Positions 60,370-64,000 of a DNA stretch of 64,000 bases are shown one piece after another. Each line of letters starts with the position of its first letter. The first letter of the stretch is position 1. The notes under the pieces are model-generated. The model made no database searches. It saw only the letters and a program-made list of their open reading frames with translations, and had not been told where the DNA came from. The translations under genes were made by a program, and so were the position numbers. The DNA is taken from positions 1,088,001 to 1,152,000 of the forward strand of contig CAVXKA010000001.1 in assembly GCA_963762255.1 (NCBI GenBank), in the 5' to 3' direction. Source of the DNA: Candidatus Eiseniibacteriota bacterium. Lineage in GTDB: Bacteria; Eisenbacteria; RBG-16-71-46; JABDJR01.

Positions 60370-63300
60370 TCACTTCACCGGCTTCGCGGACTCGGAATAA
60401 GTCGCGGTGCAGAAGATGGTCGGGCAATTCGGCCCCAGACCCACGTTGCAGGTCCAGGTCCCGCTCGTAGCCGGAGGCGTGAACCAGACCACGAAGGTGT
60501 AGGACTGCCCCGGTCCCAGCGAGAAGGGCTCAGCCGGGAACTCGTAGGTGTCGTCGGTGAGCGAGTAATTGGGGCAGTTCACTGTCGGGAAACCGCTAAG
60601 GATTCCCGATCCGGTATTGGTGACCGTGACCTCTTCGGTAAGGGAGAAGTCGTAGGTGGTCCCCATATCGATATAGGTCCCGGGGTAGATCGAGCAGACC
60701 GCCGCGGACCCCGTGACCGGCACGGGTTGGCACTGAGTGCCGGTCGCGAGGGAGCAGGCGTACGTACCTCCGGCGTCCGGCTGGAACCGCACGGTCACGT
60801 TGCGCGACTGGCCCGCGCTCAGGTCGTACTTGCCCCCCCCCGAGACGATCCGGAATCCCGTGCAACTCTCCGTGACATCCCCGCTCAGGACGCCCCCTCC
60901 GATGTTCGTGATGGTCAGGTAGCCGTCCCGGTAGTAGCCGACCGTCACGGTGCCGAAGTCCAGGTTCTCGGTGCTGAGTGAACAGACCGGCGGGGGCTCG
61001 GCGGTGCACGCCACCTGACCGCAATCGCTTCCCAGGTTGATGTTGCAGTCGCCACCGGTGCCGGAGGCGCTGAAGTACTGCACGACCACGTCGCGGCTCG
61101 CTCCGGCACCCAGGCTGAACGACCCGCCGCCGCTGACGATGGAGTACGTGAAGCAGCTCTCGACGATCAAGCCGGTCACGAACCCGCCGCCGATGTTGGT
61201 AATCGTGAAGCTCCGTTGCACCGCCACCCCGGCAGGGGGAGCGCCGAAGTCGAGGCTTGTGGTGCTGAGCGAGCAGGCGGGTGCGGGTTGGGCGGTGCAC
61301 GCCACCTGGCCGCAATCGCTTCCCAGGCTCAAGTTGCAGTCGCCGCCGCTGCCGGATGAACTCAGGTACTGCACGATCACGTCGCGGCTTGCCTGCGCGC
61401 CGAGGCTGAACGAGCCGCCGCCGCTGACGATGCTGAAGTCGGGGCAGCTCTCGACGATCGAGCCGGTCACGAAGCCGCTGCCGATGTTGGTGATCGTGAA
61501 GCTCCGTTGCACCGCCGCCCCGGCAAGGGGAGCGCCGAAGTCGAGGCTTGTGGTGCTGAGCGAGCAGACCGGTGCGGGCTGGGCGGTGCACGCCACCTGG
61601 CCGCAATCGCTTCCCAGGCTGATGCTGCAGTTACCACCGGTGCCGGAGGCGCTGGAGTACTGCACGATTACGTCGCGGCTTGCCTGCGCGCCGAGGCTGA
61701 ACGACCCGCCGCCGCTGACAATGCTGAAGTCGGAGCAGCTCTCGACGATCGAGCCGGTCACGAAGCCGCCGCCGATGTTGGTGATCGTGAAGCTCCGTTG
61801 CACCGCCACCCCGGCAGGAGGAGCGCCGAAGTCGAGGCTTGTGGTGCTGAGCGAGCAATCCGCCGGTGCCGTGCCGACGCCGGAGAGGGGAACCCCTTCG
61901 CACGCGGTGCCGGTGGACACCGTGCAGGCGAACGCCCCGACCTCAACAGGCGCGAAGCGCACGGTCACGCTGACCGATTGGCCCGCCCCCAGGCTGAAGC
62001 CGCCGCCGCCCGAAACGAGAGTGAAGCCCGCGCACTGGGAAAGGCTCACCGTGCCGGTGAGCGTGCCGCTGCCGTCGTTGGTGATGACGAAGGTCTTCGA
62101 CGTTTCGGTCCGCACTTCCATCGCGTCGAAGTCGAGCGCCGACGGTCTGATCAGGCACTTCGGTGAGATCTCCCCGACCCCGGCAAGCTGGACCGCGGTG
62201 CAGGCGGTGCCCAGCTCGAGCTGGCAGGAGTAGGGGCCGGCGGCAGTCGGGAAGAAACGGACCGTGATCGAACGCGATTGATCCGCCCCCAGGCTGAAGT
62301 CGCCGCCGCCCGAAACGAGCGTGAAGCCCGCGCACTGGGAAAGGCTCACTGTGCCGGTGAGCGTGCCGCCGCCAGTGTTGGTGAGCTGAAGGGTGGTGGT
62401 ACTTTCCGTCCCCGCTTCGACGATTCCGAAGTCGAACCCGGGCGGTTGGACAACGCAGGCGGAAAGCGCCTCCCCCGTTCCAGTGAGAGAAACTGCGTCG
62501 CACTGCGTGCCCAACCCCACTTCGCAGGCGTGCGAGCCGACGTCGTCGGGGGAGAACTCCACGGTGACGGAGCGCGACTGCCCCTGTGTCAGGGAGAAGC
62601 TCCCGGCGCCGGAGAGCACGGAGTATCCCGCGCAATTCCCCAGGGACACCTCCCCGGTCAGGATGCCGCCGCCGGTGTTGGTCAAGGTGAAACTCCAGGT
62701 CGACCTGCTTCCCACCGCGCGCGGGCCGAAGTCGTGGCTCCCTTCCGAGAGCGAGCAGACAGGCGAAAGCTCCAGCGTCGAGCGCGTGGCCTCGGGGGTC
62801 CACGCGGACGTGTCGGCCCCGTCGAAAGCGCGCAGCCGATAGGTGTAGCTTGTCCCCGGTTGGAGATCGCCGTCGTCGAAGCTCCGGTCCGAGGGATCGG
62901 GGAGCCCGGCACGAATCCAGGGTCTGTCGCCCTGGCGCCGGTCGAGCTGAAACCCGGCCGGGTCGCGACTCGCAAAGGCCCACGTGATCCGGATCCCGGA
63001 AGACGAGAGCGTGACCGCCGTCAAGTTCTCCGGAGTCGGGATCGGGGTGTGGCCAACAGCGATGTTGGACCAATCCGAAACCCCGGCCGAGCCCTCGGCC
63101 CGCCCCCGGTACTCGTAGGTAGTCCGGTCGGCGAGGCCGGCATCGGTGTAGCTCACCTCACCCGAGAAACTCCCGGTGAGATGGGTGACCTCGGTGAACG
63201 TCTCCTCTCCCGCAACTCGCCGCAGGAGGCGGTAGCTGGTCTCGTTCTCCGCGTTGTCCTGCCAGGTGAGAAGGATCGAGGTTGCCGAAATCGGCTGCGC

Positions 63301-63789
63301 AACAAGCTCGCTGGGGGCGAGTGGAGGCTGAGCGTCGACGAGCATGAGCGTCACGGTGGCCGTCTCCCCCGAGCCCACCCCTTCGATCCCGGCTTCCCCC
63401 TCGTAGAGAACCACCCCGCCCCCCAGCGCCTCCACCCGCACGCGGTAGAGGTCGGCCGGAGGGACCTGGAGTTCCAGGCTGAAGGTGGAGTCCTCAGGGG
63501 CGATGTCATCGTTGGCCTGCGCCTGGAGCACCTCGGATTCGTCGGGCAATACCTCCCATGCGAAGGCCCGCACCCGATCGATCGGGGCCGCCTGTGCAAG
63601 AGGCTGGACCGGGGTCTCATCGAGGAAGACCACCTGCAATCGGAGCGACGCGACCGCCCCCGGCCTCGCCGCGTTGTGGTCCCCGCAGCCGAGGGAGAGC
63701 CACAGCATCGCCAGGATCGCGATCGAGATCCCGAAGTAGTGACGGGAGCGCATGGTGATAGGCCTTCCGATGTGCATCGCGCGCTTCAC
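60370..63789 (-). CDS. Large surface lipoprotein with 2 FN3 domains and about 8 Cys-containing choice-of-anchor-D/ASH-type Ig-like repeats
   Basis: Lipobox LSLGC; FN3 motifs LTWQDN and YEYR/YTYRLRA; repeats C.....LDFG...FTITN.GGG.LTG...C. Confidence 0.8.
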   Translation of the reverse strand: MKRAMHIGRPITMRSRHYFGISIAILAMLWLSLGCGDHNAARPGAVASLRLQVVFLDETPVQPLAQAAPIDRVRAFAWEVLPDESEVLQAQANDDIAPEDSTFSLELQVPPADLYRVRVEALGGGVVLYEGEAGIEGVGSGETATVTLMLVDAQPPLAPSELVAQPISATSILLTWQDNAENETSYRLLRRVAGEETFTEVTHLTGSFSGEVSYTDAGLADRTTYEYRGRAEGSAGVSDWSNIAVGHTPIPTPENLTAVTLSSSGIRITWAFASRDPAGFQLDRRQGDRPWIRAGLPDPSDRSFDDGDLQPGTSYTYRLRAFDGADTSAWTPEATRSTLELSPVCSLSEGSHDFGPRAVGSRSTWSFTLTNTGGGILTGEVSLGNCAGYSVLSGAGSFSLTQGQSRSVTVEFSPDDVGSHACEVGLGTQCDAVSLTGTGEALSACVVQPPGFDFGIVEAGTESTTTLQLTNTGGGTLTGTVSLSQCAGFTLVSGGGDFSLGADQSRSITVRFFPTAAGPYSCQLELGTACTAVQLAGVGEISPKCLIRPSALDFDAMEVRTETSKTFVITNDGSGTLTGTVSLSQCAGFTLVSGGGGFSLGAGQSVSVTVRFAPVEVGAFACTVSTGTACEGVPLSGVGTAPADCSLSTTSLDFGAPPAGVAVQRSFTITNIGGGFVTGSIVESCSDFSIVSGGGSFSLGAQASRDVIVQYSSASGTGGNCSISLGSDCGQVACTAQPAPVCSLSTTSLDFGAPLAGAAVQRSFTITNIGSGFVTGSIVESCPDFSIVSGGGSFSLGAQASRDVIVQYLSSSGSGGDCNLSLGSDCGQVACTAQPAPACSLSTTSLDFGAPPAGVAVQRSFTITNIGGGFVTGLIVESCFTYSIVSGGGSFSLGAGASRDVVVQYFSASGTGGDCNINLGSDCGQVACTAEPPPVCSLSTENLDFGTVTVGYYRDGYLTITNIGGGVLSGDVTESCTGFRIVSGGGKYDLSAGQSRNVTVRFQPDAGGTYACSLATGTQCQPVPVTGSAAVCSIYPGTYIDMGTTYDFSLTEEVTVTNTGSGILSGFPTVNCPNYSLTDDTYEFPAEPFSLGPGQSYTFVVWFTPPATSGTWTCNVGLGPNCPTIFCTATYSESAKPVK
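60977..61860. repeat. Three near-identical 291-bp intragenic tandem repeats
   Basis: GCTCCGTTGCACCGCC recurs at 61210, 61501 and 61792; boundaries approximate. Confidence 0.85.
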
Positions 63790-64000
63790 AGCGTTCGCAT
63801 CGACAGGGTGAGCCCCACCGAGGTGCCGGTGAGCTTGTCGTCGGGTTCCCCTTCCCCACCTCCATCCAACTTGCCGCCGAGCCGCATCGCTTCAAGACGG
63901 AGCCGTCCACGGGTGCCGAGTTGGAACTCCAGCATCGGGCCTACCCCGTAGGTGTGGCCGTCCCAGGTCGGCGTATCGCTTCCGGTGATCTGGTTCCACT
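63786..64000 (-). CDS. C-terminal end of a probable outer-membrane beta-barrel protein (partial)
   Basis: My own translation: ...GHTYGVGPMLEFQLGTRGRLRLEAMRLGG...GTSVGLTLSMRTL*; stop overlaps the GTG of the next gene. Confidence 0.45.
   Translation of the reverse strand, partial: WNQITGSDTPTWDGHTYGVGPMLEFQLGTRGRLRLEAMRLGGKLDGGGEGEPDDKLTGTSVGLTLSMRTL

Noticed and set aside
60977-61860. Tandem repeats as a CRISPR array or mobile element
   Set aside because: The units are 291 bp, in-frame coding, with no spacers and no cas or transposase genes

Overview
High-GC bacterial DNA from what looks like a diderm organism. The sequence carries many single-base indels, consistent with an error-prone or metagenomic assembly. 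From left to right: (1) a transketolase-like gene fragment and Hsp33. (2) An AT-richer ~4.8 kb minus-strand cassette (1789-6536) of radical SAM, TIR-TPR, histidine-phosphatase/methyltransferase fusion and standalone TIR. I know of no described system with this combination, and it is the best candidate for a new defence or signalling system. (3) A collapsed NCS2 permease pseudogene and a Fur-family/FmdE/DUF364 metal operon with a palindromic operator. (4) Housekeeping and envelope genes, including an orphan senB-like glycosyltransferase, a DPY19-like GT-C membrane glycosyltransferase and a Bd0055-type bacterial histone. (5) A myxobacterial-like T6SS cluster (tagH-like, tssJKLM, tagF, tssABC, hcp, tssEFG, clpV, vgrG) with frameshifts concentrated in tssC, hcp and clpV. 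(6) A convergent accessory operon with two single-chain TssB-TssC fusions, a DUF922 metalloprotease, two DUF2169 adaptors around a PAAR-like membrane protein, and a large repeat-expanded surface lipoprotein. No tRNA, rRNA, CRISPR array, transposase or integrase was seen. All family calls come from motif recognition by eye; no searches were run.
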